In this document: positions 45,045 through 45,394 of the stretch, in pieces
How positions within the stretch are numbered: the stretch's first letter is position 1
Layout: each line of letters begins with the position of its first letter
Virus record (IMG/VR): IMGVR_UViG_3300031576_000095
Coordinates: 1 to 45,394 of that record
Reading direction: 5' to 3' (one strand)
Length of the DNA: 45,394 nucleotides
Source of the DNA: a virus
Lineage: Duplodnaviria; Caudoviricetes
Program-made: the position numbers and the translations under genes
The notes under the pieces: generated by a model
What the model was told of the DNA's origin: nothing
What the model saw: the letters and a program-made list of their open reading frames with translations, nothing else
Databases searched by the model: none

Positions 45045-45071
45045 TAGATCGTTTAACCGTTAAACGATCTA
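45045..45071. repeat. 27-bp palindrome copy 18, perfect (TAGATCGTTTAACCGTTAAACGATCTA)
   Basis: Read directly. Confidence 0.95.
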
Positions 45072-45230
45072 TGTGAGTTTATAGTATAAAATAGAGAAGA
45101 GCAAATTGAAGGTTGGAATTTGGATAAATTAAATAAAAATAATGTGAGCCTATACAGAGAGGTCACAAATTCAATATTTATGTATCCTGTCTATCCTGTC
45201 TACATCATTTGAGCCAGTCACTCTGAACAT

Positions 45231-45244
45231 CGTTAAACGATCTA
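45231..45244. repeat. half-site of the 27-bp palindrome (CGTTAAACGATCTA)
   Basis: Exact centre base plus one arm; mirror of 97-110. Confidence 0.75.
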
Positions 45245-45276
45245 ATAAGATGTAAGTTGAGAAGGAAGAGGTTGTT

Positions 45277-45394
<118 letters not shown>

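Noticed and set aside
288-45071. Palindromic repeats as a CRISPR array
   Set aside because: Copies are kilobases apart and separated by genes. There are no spacer-sized intervals and no cas operon; the Cas4-like nuclease sits in a standard exonuclease-Sak4-SSB module.
288-45071. Palindromes as phage RNA polymerase promoters or intrinsic terminators
   Set aside because: They are symmetric with no directionality, no phage RNAP is present, there is no U tract, arm variation is uncompensated, and many lie inside tightly coupled operons.
288-45071. Palindromes as recombinase sites (dif/attC/lox-like)
   Set aside because: The spacer is 1 bp rather than a 6-8 bp crossover region, no recombinase is recognisable, and gene orientation is uniform within each arm, with no sign of inversions.

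Overview
This looks like a near-complete ~45.3 kb genome of an uncharacterised tailed phage with podovirus-like architecture. It is AT-rich and has no recognisable integrase, RNA polymerase, primase or endolysin. There are two convergent arms. The + arm (328-19919) has small early genes, a PD-(D/E)XK exonuclease/Sak4/SSB recombination trio, a HAD nucleotidase, a ParB-DNA methyltransferase fusion, a Lar-like protein, a UDG-fused family A DNA polymerase, a DUF3987-like NTPase, a RecD/Dda-like helicase and MazG. The - arm (44682-19873) has a TerS-like gene, a block of signal-peptide proteins, TerL, portal, scaffold, an Acb2/Tad1-like protein, two decoration paralogs, major capsid, adaptor, nozzle and internal/ejection proteins. 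One intact tRNA-Arg(TCT) and three aberrant tRNA-like RNAs are present. The most striking feature is a 27-bp palindrome, consensus TAGATCGTTTAAC[C/G]GTTAAACGATCTA with an invariant core GTTTAAC[C/G]GTTAAAC. It occurs 18 times, every 1.1-4.4 kb and mostly at gene junctions, with half-sites near both contig ends. The core resembles ParB-family sites (RK2 KorB operator, parS), and the phage encodes a ParB-HTH-methyltransferase fusion, suggesting a genome-wide load-and-slide methylation or protection system (hypothesis). All protein assignments come from reading motifs by eye; no searches were run.
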